Assembly (NCBI GenBank): GCA_018713725.1
Contig: DVOJ01000004.1
Location: 19,881-83,880 of the forward strand
Direction: 5' to 3'
DNA length: 64,000 nucleotides
Source of the DNA: Candidatus Caccopulliclostridium gallistercoris
GTDB taxonomy: Bacteria > Bacillota > Clostridia > Christensenellales > UBA1242
Shown: in pieces, positions 32,284 through 47,200 of the stretch
How positions within the stretch are numbered: the stretch's first letter is position 1
Layout of the letters: each line of letters begins with the position of its first letter
Notes under the pieces: model-generated
What the model saw: the letters and a program-made list of their open reading frames with translations, nothing else
What the model was told of the DNA's origin: nothing
Database searches by the model: none
Translations under genes and position numbers: made by a program

Positions 32284-35200
32284 ATGAATCTCTTAAAGAA
32301 AATTGTAAAAAGCCCTATAGCTATCGCATTTATGTTAATACTAGCCTTGTCTAGTATTTTAACTGCATGCGGCGACCCGTATAAAGACCTTAAAATTGTA
32401 CTTCCGGATTCCGTTGCTGAAAGTGGGCTTGTTTTAGAGCTTGACGAAAACAACACGGCTAGTACAAGCTTTACCGTTTCTTTGGAAGGCGCTCCAAGTA
32501 GCGTTAGTAGAGAACTTATGGTTAGCACGTCTAGCGATAGAGTTCTTGCTACAATAGAATATTTGAGAGGAGATTCAAGCGAACTTACTTTAAACGTAAC
32601 TGGCATTGTAAACAATGTGCAAGTTACAATAACGTCTGAGGGGCAAAAGAGCGCAAGCTTTTATGTTTCTTCTGTTAAAAGAGTAACTGGGCTTCAACAA
32701 AGCCAGGACCTTTCTAGTGCTTATGCCGTAGTTGGAACACCTGTTACGCTAACTAGCAACTTAGTAACGTTCGAACCAGCCGACACCACGGAAAGAGATG
32801 TAGATTTTATTTTGCCAGATGGCACAATTGGCGCGAGTCTAGAAAACAATGTGCTTTTAGTAAGTGAAGATTATGCTTCACCAAACAACACAATTGAAGT
32901 TATTGCAGTATCTAGAAATAACAGCCAAGTAACCACAAGGGTAGAACTTCAAATAATAGAACCTGTTACATACGAAAGCACTTATTTTTATAGCAATTCT
33001 AACCCTATGGAAGAAATTGAGCTTGGAAGCAATAGAGAAATTACAATTGCAAACAACCTTCCAAGTAGAAATAGCCTTTTAATAAATGTTACGCTTAGTA
33101 GCAAAGATTTTGAAGTTTCATACAAATTTAAGTATGCAAACGTTGCAGAAGTTGTTTCTAGCACTGTTGCAGGAAATACTTATTCCTTTACAATAAGAAC
33201 AAAAGGCGAAGTTGGCTCCGACGAACTTACTTTTGAAATTAAGCATAAGGAATTTGATTATAGTGTTACCACGGAAAAATTGATTATTTCCGCATACGAC
33301 ACGGTTTCACAGATAAGAACGTATAGAGAAGGCGAACTTGTTGAAACAGCGGAAGGAATTGTTACAAACTTCGACGTTTACGACTTCTATGCAAATGTTA
33401 GAGGTTTAGAGCTATCATTTGTAATTGGACCTACAACTGTTCCAGCAGACGATAGAGGTCTTACAATAGAGCTAAGGAACGGCGCTAGTGAAAACTTTAT
33501 CTTCTATAACGGCAGTGGCAACGTTATAACGCCTACTCAAAATGAAGATAATTTAGATATAATTAGCATTGTAAGCGGTACTACTATTTACGTTGTAGCT
33601 AAGGAAAACGTAACTGCGGCAGGCCAAATAACAGTAGTTTCAGACGCAAACCCAGATGTTTCTGTAACGTTTACATTAACACCAATGGTGGGAGCAAAAG
33701 CAGTAGCCTTCGGTAACGCCGTGCAGGAAGAAGATGGAACGTATTCTTACTATTTAACTTCAAACCAGGCTATGACAAAAAATATTGAATTTCTAGTTTA
33801 TCCTACAAACATAAATCTAGGCGAAGTTCAAGTTATAGCTTCGGGCAATGCTTTTGAAGTTGTAAGTAGTACTCCAAGATATGAAGGGACAACAACAATA
33901 ACTGTAAATGACGAACAGATTACATACAATAAATATAGCATAGAAATTGTATCAAAAGCTGGTTTTGAAGAAATTGGCGAAATAAGAATTAGGCTTTCAA
34001 ATGGTCAACTTTTAAGGGCAAAAGTAGAAGTGTTTGAAGCGCTTGAAGATGCTGTAATTTCCGTTCCTTCGCCACAACAAACATCTTCAATTGGAAACGT
34101 GTTAGAAACTACGGTTTCCGGACAAGATATTTTTGTTGCGTCAATTAAACGCGGTGAAACGGTTGGGCTTAATGTAAACACAAATACTAATGTTTCTATT
34201 AGTTACGATTTTTACGGCGAAACCATTTTAGGTGATGCCGACCCTTATGCTGATGCTTATCAAAACCTATTCCTAGACACAATTCCAACTGACGGATTTG
34301 TTACAACGTCTGGCATTTTAAATGCACTTTACTTAAATAACTATAATCAACTTATTGTATCAAATGAAGGTAAGGTGCTTGTTAGAGCAAGTGTTACAGG
34401 TTATCAACTAGATGAAGCAACAGGGGAGAAAGTTGAAAAAATAATAACAAGATATTTCGTAATAGAAAGTTATATTCCTATAACGTCTATGCTACTTTCT
34501 AGTTCTAGTAGAACGCTATATTCAGAAGATAGCGTAGGTAGCGCAAACATAGATAGCACTAAAACTACTTTTAACCTTGTATTCAACAATGGAAACACCA
34601 ATAATCAGCCTACCTACAATAAACTTACTTGGAATATTGGATACCTTCCAACCGAAGATATAACGGAAGACGTTACTGATAAAAACGTTACTATAACTTA
34701 CAGAAGTGACTCCACAACAGATACAAGAACTGTTTATACTGTTACTTTTTCTAGCGGTTTAACAAGCGTGGAAATTTCTGCAAAGGCTACTTATCAACTA
34801 GTTGCTGGCGGAATTGGCATAGCTAGCGTTATTACTGATACTTTACTAGTTACAGCTAGGGAGTTCGGTCAAACTATAAATAGGTCTTTCTTACTAACAA
34901 TTAGAAGGGCTAACAAAGTTGAAAACATCATTTTAGAGAATGTTACGGAAGAAAACGGCATTTATTTAGAAATTGACAGGGGCTTAGAAGGAACTGGCGC
35001 TAACCCAGACCAAATTTTTGATATCAATGCTTATGCCGATACATCTAACAACCCACTTAACACAAATTTAATATACGAATTCTTCCCAAATGATGGTACG
35101 GAAGCTAACTTAATAACTGTAAATAGAACTACTGGTCTTGTTACACTTTCAGGCAATCAAACAAAAGGTGGTTCTGGTTACATTAGAATTGCACCTGAAG

Positions 35201-38200
35201 ATAGCTTTATAGATGGAAGATACATAGCCGGAGATGAAGACGTTGCAAAATATATTCCAATAACAATTGCAGACGGCAGAAGTAGAGAAACGTCTTATAG
35301 GGTAGACAACGTAAATAATTTAAGGCAATGGATTCAAAACTATCCTGAGCTTTACTATACACTTACAATAGATATTACAGACCAGCCTTTAACGACACCA
35401 TTAGATACATTAGATGGCAATACGGTAGAGTTTAACGGCGGACTATTTGGAAGACTTGAAGGTGAAGATACTTGCCGCACAATAATCCTTAACGGCACTT
35501 CGCTCTTTACAAATTTAGGAGCAAATGCTGTAATTGAAGACTTTACTCTTCAAGGTGAAGCAACCTTTGGTTTTGTTGCACAAGAAAATAACGGAACTAT
35601 AAGAAACGTTACGGTAGACACTTGGCAAGAAGGAGCAGAATATAAACCAAGCACTGTAACAAATAGTGCGGAAGAAGCTTACACTGGTGGTTTAGTTGCA
35701 GTAAATAACGGAACTATCAGCAACGTTAAATTCTATGGCTCTATTAGCAATTTGAATGCAAGCGCCTATGTAGGCGGCATTGCTGGCCATAACACTGGCA
35801 CAATTGAATATGCAGAAGTAGAATTTTATAGATATTCCGTAGATACAAAATCTACTTACCAAGCTGATGATAAAAGTGGAACTATAGGTGGCTTAGTTGG
35901 CTATATGTCTTCGGGCGCACTTAATTTTAGCTATGCTTATAGTTACGTTAAAATAACGGCTGACGACGACAACATCGTGCTAAACGGCGCAAAGGTAGGT
36001 ATTTTAGTAGGCGAACTTGCAGGTGGAAACGTTAACGCTTGTTTTGGCAGGGCAAACACAGCAAACTTTGTTGGCGTTAATGAAAGCACAAGCATAAGCC
36101 GCATTGAAAATGCTTATATGTACGCCTATGCTGGAGAAAACGAACAAGCAAGTGAAGTTTACACCTATCGCATAATTGCAAGTTATAGAGAGATAGCTGA
36201 ACCTTCCACATACCCAGATATGGGAGGCGTTTATAACGGCATATCTTTCGGTTCAGATAAGCTTTGGAATTTTGCTGGTGGCATTAACGGTGGATATCCT
36301 TACTTTAATGCTATAATGCAAGACGACGAACTAGACAACATTTCAGAGTTTAGCATCTATAACACAGATTTAACCTTAACAGACGGCAATGGCAATGTAA
36401 TATTCTTCTATTACGAGCCTAACAATATGACGTTAACGGACACGGAAAATGCCGTGCTTGCTGGCTGGAATACACTTAATTATAGAAGCCTTTTCGGTGT
36501 AGAAAACACGTCTTCTATAAGAATAACGGTAGGCGATGCGCCAATTTACGCTGGGGCAGATTATTTAAGAGTTCAAGATGTAAATTATGCTACGTTTACA
36601 TTTAGCGTGTTCTCTAAATACGATTACAGTTTAAGAAGAGAGTTTAGCGCCGTAATAATGTATAAAATTTTAGACTTTAAGCTAACTTATGCTGGAACGG
36701 AAATTACGGATTCTAACACAGATATATCTATAAAATATGGAAATTCTGATAACGTTTCAACGTCTATAACAACATCTAGGGTAGCAGTAAATAGAGCTAT
36801 AAACCTTGTTCAAAATGATATGAACATAGTTTCAAATGCTAAAACAGGAACTACAACTTACGATGACCTTATTGTTGGCAATGAGATAGGCGTACATACA
36901 ATTCAAACGGCTGAAATAGCAGAATTTACCACAGATGAAATAAATGTTACTTTAACTTTAAATATAAACGAAGTAATAGACCAAATATTTAAAGATATAA
37001 TAACAACAAACTTTACAAAGAGCTTTAACGTTCAACTATATAACGGCGCAGATAGCATTATAGCAGACTCGGAAGAACTTACCATTGAACCTATAGACTC
37101 TCATGCTCAAAGCATAGAAGTAACTATTTACACCGACGACGCAAGCGGAGAATTCGATTTAGCTGCTAGCATTTTGAACGACGAACAGCTAAGTGAAGAA
37201 GGTTATTCGGAATATCATAGCGTAACAATAATTACAGAATATACAGTAGACGCTAATGGTCAACTAGTTACTGGTCAAACAAGTGAAAGCACAAATTATC
37301 CAGGAATTTCTGTAATAAACATTTACAAAGACGGAAACGATGAAATAATCTATAAAGAATTCTCAAACGGCTATGCTGTGGTAAGAATTTATAGACCAAC
37401 CATAGATAACTATCCTGACGACAACAGCGACTACTATAAACATACCTATATGGTAACTTTTGGTTTAGTAGATGATAACGCGGTAAGAAATAAAGATTAT
37501 AACGGTCAAGCGTTTAACTTCTCGCTATTTGCAGAAAGCACGGGCATTTCTACTAATTTCAATTTAATAGTTGAAACGCAAAAACTTTCTTACATTAATA
37601 CTACTCATTACACGCTAAATTATGCTATATGGAAAGGGGAAACGGATAATCAGAGATTACATTATACATATTCTTCAATTCCACAATCTTTACTTGCACC
37701 GGGCAATGAAGGACTATTGAATGTAGAACTTTATCCAGCTTATTCAAATTATAGCTACATAGAAGTAACGTCAAGAACAGTAGTTGGCTCTTCTTACCAA
37801 GTAAGGCTTGGGCTTATGAGAAGGCTTGATGGCACAAACGAATTTGTTAGAGAAACTACTGGTTATGAAAGCTTTACGGGCGGAATTAGAATATTTAACC
37901 CAAACTTAGATAGCGACATAGGTTCACTATACCTTAGAACCTTTATTCCTTCCGACGTAGACGCGGACACAGTATACGAACTTACAGTTACAGCTTACAG
38001 TGAAGACGGCACTGCTTTAAAAACGGATACTTATAGGCTATCAGTGCAGTACGTTGCAGCTCCAGAGCTTAGTGTTAACGGCGGAAAACAGGCAATTATA
38101 GCTAGGGGCGGCTCTGGCGAAGTTGAAATAGTAGTAAATCAAGATCAAACTATAGATTCCTTATCCATAGATAACGTGGCAGTAGGAACAGTAAGTTATG

Positions 38201-41200
38201 ATCCTTTAACCTATACCATAGATGAATCCACAGGCTTAAAAACTTACACCACTACAATATATTTCAGTACAGATTTAGTTCCAGGGAACGCGCAAGGCGA
38301 GAATGGCGATAACTTTATTATAATAACGGCAACAACATCTAGAACTATAAACGGAACAGTTGAAACTGCACACGACGTGGTTTACGTTGCGGTAGCAGAC
38401 TTTGTTATAAATCCAGACGGAACTCAGCTTAACACAGATGCTTATAATAAAGACGTTTTAACAGTTTACGTTGGCACAACGCAAAAACTTGAATTTGATT
38501 TTGATGTAGACTTCTTCTTAACTAACGATAGTTTAGCTAGTTTCCAAACATATAATTACTTTAATTCTAATCCTATAAACTTAGACCCTAAATACGATCA
38601 AAGAAGAAGTTATATAGTAAACGGCTTCTACGATAGTATGCCTTACGATTTCGACTACGATAGCTCAAACAGCGTAATTGTGGCAAACTTCATAGATAAC
38701 CTTTACTATGCCGATACTTATAACCCAGATAGAATTGAATTAAGTAAGGTATTCAATAGGCAAAGCGGTCAGGTTGCGGCAAACGGCTACTGCGTGTTCA
38801 CTTACGACGGCTCTAACCTATACGTTCGTGGGCTTCAAGCTACAACGGGTAGCGTTAATATGTTACTTAGAATTCCAATTCAAATACCTAACGGCACAGA
38901 CGAACCAACAAAAACCTATCTTGAATACTACTTCACAATAAACGTAGTGCTTGAAACTAACGAAGATAAACCTGTTATTATAGACACAGCAGAAAAATTC
39001 ATAAATATGGTTAACTCTGCTGAGCCACTAGACTATATTTTAACAGAAGATATCTATTTATTAGATTACACTCCAATAAGCACAACAAATATAAGAAGCT
39101 TTGATGGCAACAATAAAACTATTCATATTTTAAGCTTTAACACTCCATCAGACCAAACTTCTGTAAATCTTGCACTATTTAACGAAGTTTTAGAAGGTAC
39201 AACGCTTAAAAATATAAGGGTTAACGTCTACTATGGTGGTGCAGTAACGCTTAACATGACGGGCGTAACTTCGGTAAACGTTGCGGGCTTTGCAATTTCA
39301 AATAGCGGTATAATAACGAACTGCGAAGTTGTATCTTATAGCTATGTGGGCGCGGAAAGGCCAAATCCACAAACGCCAGGTTTAACCGTAAATTATAACT
39401 ATTCAAATATAGACGTATCTAGCATTCAAAGCAGAGTAGCAGGCTTTGTAATTACAAACGCTGGCTCTATAACAAATAGTAGAGTGGGCGGAACAAGCCT
39501 TGAAATAGCAAACGGAACGGCTATCACGCCAACGGCCTTCAATATTATAGGTCAGGGCGACGTAGCTGGCTTCGTGTATGAAAATAGTGGAATTATTGCT
39601 TCTAGCTTCTTTATGAACGGAACTATAACGAACCAAACTTCTAGCGGTTCAGACACGGCTACGGCAGGCTTTGCAATTACTAATACAGGAGAAATAAGGC
39701 TAAGTTACGCAAGAGGCATATACGCAAACGACTCGGAAATTCACGCCACAGGTGGAGGAATTGAAACTGCAAGTGTAGGCGCAGGCTTTATATATGAAAA
39801 CTCTGGAATAATTGAAGATTCCTATTCTAACATTATGCTTACAACTATTGGCGACAAGGAAAGCGGAAGGTTAAGCGCAGGCTTTGTTTATATAAATAAT
39901 TCTAGCGCTGTTGTAAGAAGGTCTTATTCAGCTTCAAGAATTGAAAATTCAAACAGCACTCAAATGAACTTCCTTGGTGTAGATGTCAACCTAGATTTAC
40001 AGAACTATGGCTTAGTTGAAAACAGTTATTATTACAACTCCGATACATCTCTTGACGACGAATACTCTTCGTCAGACATGGAGTCTTTATACAACACAAC
40101 TGTAAATAGAGTTCTAGACCCAGACGTAAGGGATAGCTTCTACGGCTTTGCCTTCTCAAATAGCTCGGTTGAAGGCTATACACAAGACGGCGTATGGTAT
40201 ATGACAACTAGGGGACCTGAACTTGTAAGTGCAAATAATATTGCCGTATCTTCAAGAATTTTAAACGTTGAAGAGACGAACGAGCAAGGCGAAATTGTAG
40301 ATTACAGTTTCACATATGCCGATGGTTACAGGTATGGCAGCAGTAAAAACCCAATTATAATTAGAGACGAAACGGAATTCAACCAAGTGTTCGGTGGAGA
40401 CACTGCAAACGTAAGTTCAAGCGTTGCATTCTACTACGACCTTGCTTCAAACGTAGCGTTCGGTAATTATAGAATAGTGGATAATATAGACCTATCTAAT
40501 CTTCTTTCCGACGAAACGGGCTTAACGCTTCGCTCTACGGAAATGACGTTAACTCCAACCTTTAATAATCAAAACGAAATAAACGGCCTTGGACTTCTAG
40601 ACGGAAACAGCTTCACAATTTCTGGTATAGAACTAGTTTCTACTCTTGGCGGTTCTAACACAAGTTACGGCTTATTTAAAGAATTACAAAACGGCGCAGT
40701 TGTTATGAACTTGAACCTTGAAATTGAAGGCGTAAACGCAACGGGCGTAAGCTATGTTGGCGCACTTGCCGGAACTGTTCAAGATTCTAGAATAATAAAT
40801 GTAAGCGTTGCTAGTGCTAACTCATCAGAAGCTGCTGTAATTTATGGTTATAACATTACTGGTGGTGTTGTAGGTAGAGTTATAGGCGACAGCTATTTAA
40901 GTAACGTTTCAGCTGAAAACTTAACGGTTATTGCTGGTAACGAAGCCACTAACTTAACGTCACAATTCTATAACCGTGTTATAAGAAGCAACGTTTCTTA
41001 TGCTGGTGGTGTAGCAGGCTTAATAGATATTTACACAAATATTAATAGCTATTCATTCTCTAATGCACTTTCAGAGCCAAACGTTGTAGCTTTAAAAGCT
41101 ACTGGAATTATGAGTGTTTACGGCGCAACGGTTGGTGGTGTTGTAGGCTATTTAGGCCCACAAACAATGCTTCAAGATGCACTTTTTGAAGTTTCTGGCA

Positions 41201-44200
41201 ACGATAACAATCAAAAACTTATAGCATATAAGTTTGCTGCTGGCGGTGTTGTAGGTGAAAACTATGGATATATCTTCATGGTTAGAGCTGAACATGACTC
41301 GGATACTCAACTTGATATTGAAAACAACTATGCAACATACTATAATGACCCAACTTCTGAAGACGTGAATAGGGGTAATTTAACCTTGTTTGAATTTGCG
41401 GATTCTACAAGCTATAAACCGCAATACATTGGCGGAATTGTAGGCGAATTTGTTACAGGAAAACTTGAAAAGAGCTACTCTAAAATAAATGTAAGGTCTT
41501 CTATGGCTAGCTATGCTGGTGGCATTATTGGTGGAATACCTGCTAAGGATAACTCTAGCTTAGGCGGTTTAAGAGATTATGGTGCAGGGCAAACTCTATC
41601 TTTAAGCTTCACAGAACTTTATGCAACCGGCGACGTATTTGCAAGCGTTGGTGCTGGCGGTATATTCGGTTATATTGCAGACGGCGTTTGGAACGCAATT
41701 GCTCTTGAAAAAATTAATGCTATAAATTACTGGTCCGTTCCAACAGAACAGGGCACAGAGCCAGGGCAGTATTCCGTAGTAGAAAATAATAACTATATAA
41801 ATAATGCTTATGATATCTACTATATGCCGGAAGGTTCAAGCTCATTAAATATAACGTTAAATCAAACCTTATACGATGTAAATGCTATTGAAAGCTTTAC
41901 AACTTCGGATAATACAAGATATTATCTAAATAAATCTACAAGCTCGGCAGTTACAGGAAATTATATTATAAATGCAGACGTACAAAAGGTTTCTGAGCTT
42001 AAAAATTCAAGCAATGCCGATTACGTAAATGAAATGAATAAAATATTCAGAAACGCAGGTTGGGACCAAGAGTATTGGGACACAGAAACAGACGATAGCG
42101 TTCCACACATTTTCCCACACTTAACGTTTAGAATAGAACCATCTGTAATTTACATAAGAGAAGCTTCCGACCTAGAACTTTTGAACCAATATAAAAACAA
42201 AACGTTCATAATTATTGGTAACGCGGATAGCGGCATTGTACCAGTTGGTGACTGGCTTGCTACAACAAAGCAAGGCTTTACAGTAGAAGGTTTCTCCGGT
42301 GTACTACGCGGAAGAGATACTTCTGGAAATTATGGATTAGATTTTAGAGTTAACAACTCTACAAACACTATTACTGCTCCGCTTTTCACTTCAACCTTCA
42401 CAGGTGCACAGTTCTCTAACTTTGTAATTCAAAATGTGGGGCAAGGAGATAGTACATCAACCGATTATAGAGAAGATATAACTTCTGCATTTGTAGTAAG
42501 TGCTACGGGAACAACTTTTGAAGGCATTACGCTTGAAAATTGTTCAATTTCTCCTGTTATGCCAGATGGACTTGAGAATGAAGATTCTAGTGAAGTTGCA
42601 TATTATGTTGGTATGCTTACTGCTAATGCAATTAGGTGTTCATTTAGCAATATTACGTTTAGTGGAGAAAATAATATAAACTTTGAAGTAAATACAAATA
42701 CTGGCGAAAACAATAACATTCATGTATATGTAGGTATGATGGCTGGAAATATTGGCTCTTCAAGTAAAAAAAGCACTACTGTGGTAAGTGGCATAAAATT
42801 TGAAAACAGCAATATAAATATTAACTTTAATAGCACAGATTCTAATATTTTAAATAAAAATATTGAATTAAACGTAGGGCACATTGCTGGCGCTTCTGGA
42901 GCTATAGATTTCGACCTTTCAACCTTTGAAGAAGTTAACGATAATATTTATAATTTAACTACACAGATTACAAATAGCCAGATAGTTGAAGGCAAAAATG
43001 CTTATAACTTAATTGACACCTTAAATGCAGGCGCCTTCTTTGGAACTTCTACCGGCGTTGTAGACTCCAACATATTACAAAGAGATAAATTGCAAAATAA
43101 CATGATAGTAAACTTTGCACTATACGGCAATAAAGGGCAAGGCAATAAAGAAAACGCACCAATAACTGCAAGTTATGGAAACGTTGGTGGATTGTATGGA
43201 AGAATTACTGGCGGGTCAAAAAGTCAGTTTATTGTAGAAAAAGCATCTGAAGATCCTTTCCATCTTTACATTAATAATGATATAAAACTTAATATTGTAA
43301 GAGATGGAACTAATTCTGAACAAGCTACAGCATTCTACTATGGTGGCGCTGTGGGCAGAGTTGATCATGATTTAAATATAAACAATATAGAAACAGGCGG
43401 TACTACTACTATACAATCTTCTAATATATCCTACGTAGGTGGTATGGTAGGCTATGTTGGCGGTAGATTCACTGCAAGCGAACTAATCTCTGGAAATAGT
43501 GTAGATTTTACGCAGACAAATTCAACTGCAATAGATAATATATTCGGCGGAATTGTAGCGCAAATTAATTATGTTTCTAATGTAGAGGGCGTTCAACAAC
43601 CGCTTTCTAGCATTACCTCTTCTATAAATGAAAGTGTGTTCACTATCAATTCTCAAAGGGTTTACTATGGTGGTTTTGTTGGAGTTTTCCCAAAACCGGC
43701 TGCAAATGTAACATCGTCTTCTGCACCAATTATAAATATTAATAATTCTGTTGCTGGTGGTGGGGTTATAGTAGAAAATTCAGCTTCTTTGGCTGTTGTT
43801 GGCGGACTTATCGGTAGTATGATGGGCGTAGCAGGTAAATCATCATCAAGTGTGGTAATAAATGGAACTTTAAGCGTATACTCTAATATAGATTCTAACT
43901 TAGTTTATTCTGATCTTCAATTTAAAGCTGAACCTACAGGAAACGTATTCATGGGTGGCATACTTGGAATTGGTGGACAAGGCGTTACAATTTCTAACAA
44001 CTATTCACTTTCAAGTATAATCTATCCTTTTGCAAGAGGAGATAATTCAAATATTGGCGTTATTGTAGGAGCTGTAAATGGTTCATCAAGTGGTGAAGCT
44101 AATAACTACTATTCAAATCAATTAAGTTTAATGGTTGCTTCAACTAATGAAAGTGGTAGCAATGTGAAAATGCAAAACACTGTTTATAACACAATTGTAG

Positions 44201-47200
44201 ATGCGGTAACCACAGCAAATAACACTTTAAGTAGTTTAATTACACAAACTCACTATGGTAGCAAACTTAATCCTTTCTTAATATCTGGGTCTGAAATTCG
44301 AATTAATAACTCAGAAAACTCAATAGTTGCTAGTTATAGTTATGATTCTGAAGAAAAAAAGTATAAGTGGATTATTGAAACTAAGTTACCTGAAGTTACA
44401 AATTATTTAGGTTCTAATGATCAAGACCCATTTGCAAGCGCTATGCCAGAAAGAAAATACTTTAAACTAAATTCTACAAATGGTTCTGTAATACAAAACT
44501 TAAACAACTTAACTTTAAGTAACGCAGCTATATTTGGCGATGGTGCATCGGTTAACATTAATACAACGGGTGGTGCAGCAGGCACTGAATATATAACAAA
44601 CACCTTTATTAGCTCGTTAGACGAAGATAGCTTTGTTACAGGCATAAAGGTTTATGTAGATACAAGGTCTAACCAAGATTCAGACGCTTCACACTATTTA
44701 GAAGAAGATGTTAAAGATGAAAACGGACAGGAAACGGGCAAACATTTAGCAACAGCTTATTATGGTGGACTTGTTGGCATAAATAAAGGTATAGTTTACG
44801 CTTGTAACGCTGTAAATTCTTCTACGCGTTCAAATGACGAATTAATTGAGCAAACAATGGGTATTTCCGGCGGAATAAGCATAAATAATATTCCTGAAAA
44901 AATAACTTACGGTGATTATGAATATGAGGTAAACACGTTAGTAGTAGGTGGACTTGTTGCTATAAACGAAGCAACTGGTTATATATCCGATTCCTTCTCT
45001 ATGGTGGATATTGTAACCGACGAATCAGGAATTACCAACCTTTATTTAGGTGGTTTAGTTGGCAGAAACTATGGTCAAATAGATTCATGTTATAGTACAG
45101 GCTATGTTCAATCTAACTCTAATTATACTTTAGATAGTAGCGACAATTCTCATAATGTATACTCGTTTAGTTATGATGAAACTGGTGCCAGCGTTAAAAA
45201 TAGTTACACTATAGCTAAAGCAAAAAATAGTAATTATACTTTTGGTTTAGGCGTATTCGGTTCGGGCGCTGACTCTTCTAACTATTATGATATTACTGCA
45301 ACGGAACGTGAAAGTACTTCAGGCACAGCAACAAAAATATCAGATGTAGATTACATGGCAACCTATACCGTTAATCAAAATGGCACTCAAGTAACTATGC
45401 AAACTAAAATTTTACTAGATATTAATGATAAAGGAGTTAACAAAGCGCCATTCTCAACAGTTAAGTTTGCACAAGACCCAACCATTAACTATGGTTATCC
45501 ATATTTTGGTGGCACTGGGCTAGTAACCAACGATACAAGTGCGGACTACATGGCGATTAACACTGGTGATGGAACAGCTAACAACCCGTTTGAAATACCA
45601 AGTGCAGGCAAGTGGCAGCAACTAACGAATGCAGGCAACAACCCAGCTTATGTTACAACAGGCACAACGCAGTACCACATGTACAGCTGGAACTCTTATT
45701 ACGAGTTAATATATGATATAGATTTTGCTAATACGGAAATAACGTCTATTAAGCCAATAGGTAGTCAAGAAGCGGTATTATTTGGCGACGTAAATAATTA
45801 TTTTTCTGGAGTGTTCGATGGTAATAATAAAACAATTTCTAATGCTACTATAAGAAATGCTTCTAATAGTAACGAAATTGGTTTAGGGCTATTTGGATAT
45901 ACAGGTAATAGAACTACTACATTTAATACTGTTTATATACAAAATGTAATATTAAAAAACTCAAAAGTTAGTACATTTGATTCAAGTGATAATGTTGACA
46001 CTGCTACATCATCTGGTGGCATAGTGGGTATTGCTAGAAACACTACTATAATTAATTGTCATGTTGTAAATTCTGATATAGAAGGCTTTACAAATGCTGG
46101 CGGAATTTTAGGATTAGCTCAAGCCGGAGATGTTTTAATTCAACAAAGTTCTTCTCAAAATAGCACTATTAGATCTATAGGTAATAGAAATTATACAAAT
46201 GGTTCAGAAACTGATTATGTTGATGTTACTGCAGGTGGAATTTTGGGTTTGGTTAATGATAAATTTGAAGAAAGTATTTATGCAACTATAACGGAAAGCT
46301 TTAACACTTCTTCTGTAATAGCTGGAGAAGAAGTGGCTAATGATACTGGTTTTGCAAATTCAGCAATGGCAGACTCTGCATATGCAGGAGGAATAGTAGG
46401 TGCAGGATATATTTTTAGAGCAACATTTGACGAAGAAGAAGCAGAAGGGATTATAGATGAAGAAAATATAGAATCACTAATAACAATTTCAAATTGTTAT
46501 AATACAGGTTCGGTTAGAGCTAATGCAAATATTCCTAAGCCTTTTAATGATATTTATAGGTATTACTTTTATCAAAAAGATGAAAATGGAGAAGATGTAA
46601 AAGATGAATATGGAAATCCAATCTTAATGCAAAATGCTGATGATTGGATTGAAGTAACTAAACTTTATCTTTTACATACAAAATATGAAAATTCAGCTTT
46701 TGAAGGAGATCATAATTATACCGCTGCGATTTATTCATTAAATATTCATATGTTAATGAGACAAGCCTACTCTTCAGGGATTTCAAACAATTCTGATATA
46801 ACTGCATGTTACAATACTGGAGAAGTTTCAACTAATGAAGACGATATAACCGATGTTATTTATCATGAAGCAGAGAATATTTCAGAAGGAAATAATTCAC
46901 GTATTGATATTACATTAAATTCAACAACTACGCCTACAGGGGAAGCGTTAGAAAAAACTTATGATAAAGTTTCTTATACTTTAAAAAGCGATAATTTAAT
47001 CGGACACATACCAGATGATGATATTCTACGTAGAGATTTTAAAGATGCCATAAGAAATGGTGATGCTTACGCAAAAGGAGCTGATGCAGAACGGCATGCT
47101 ACAGCTCAGATAATTACTGGATATGCAAGCTTGGCTACTCATATAGTTGCTAAAAAAATTGTTGCAAAAACAACAACTAGATTATTGGTTAAAGGCGCTA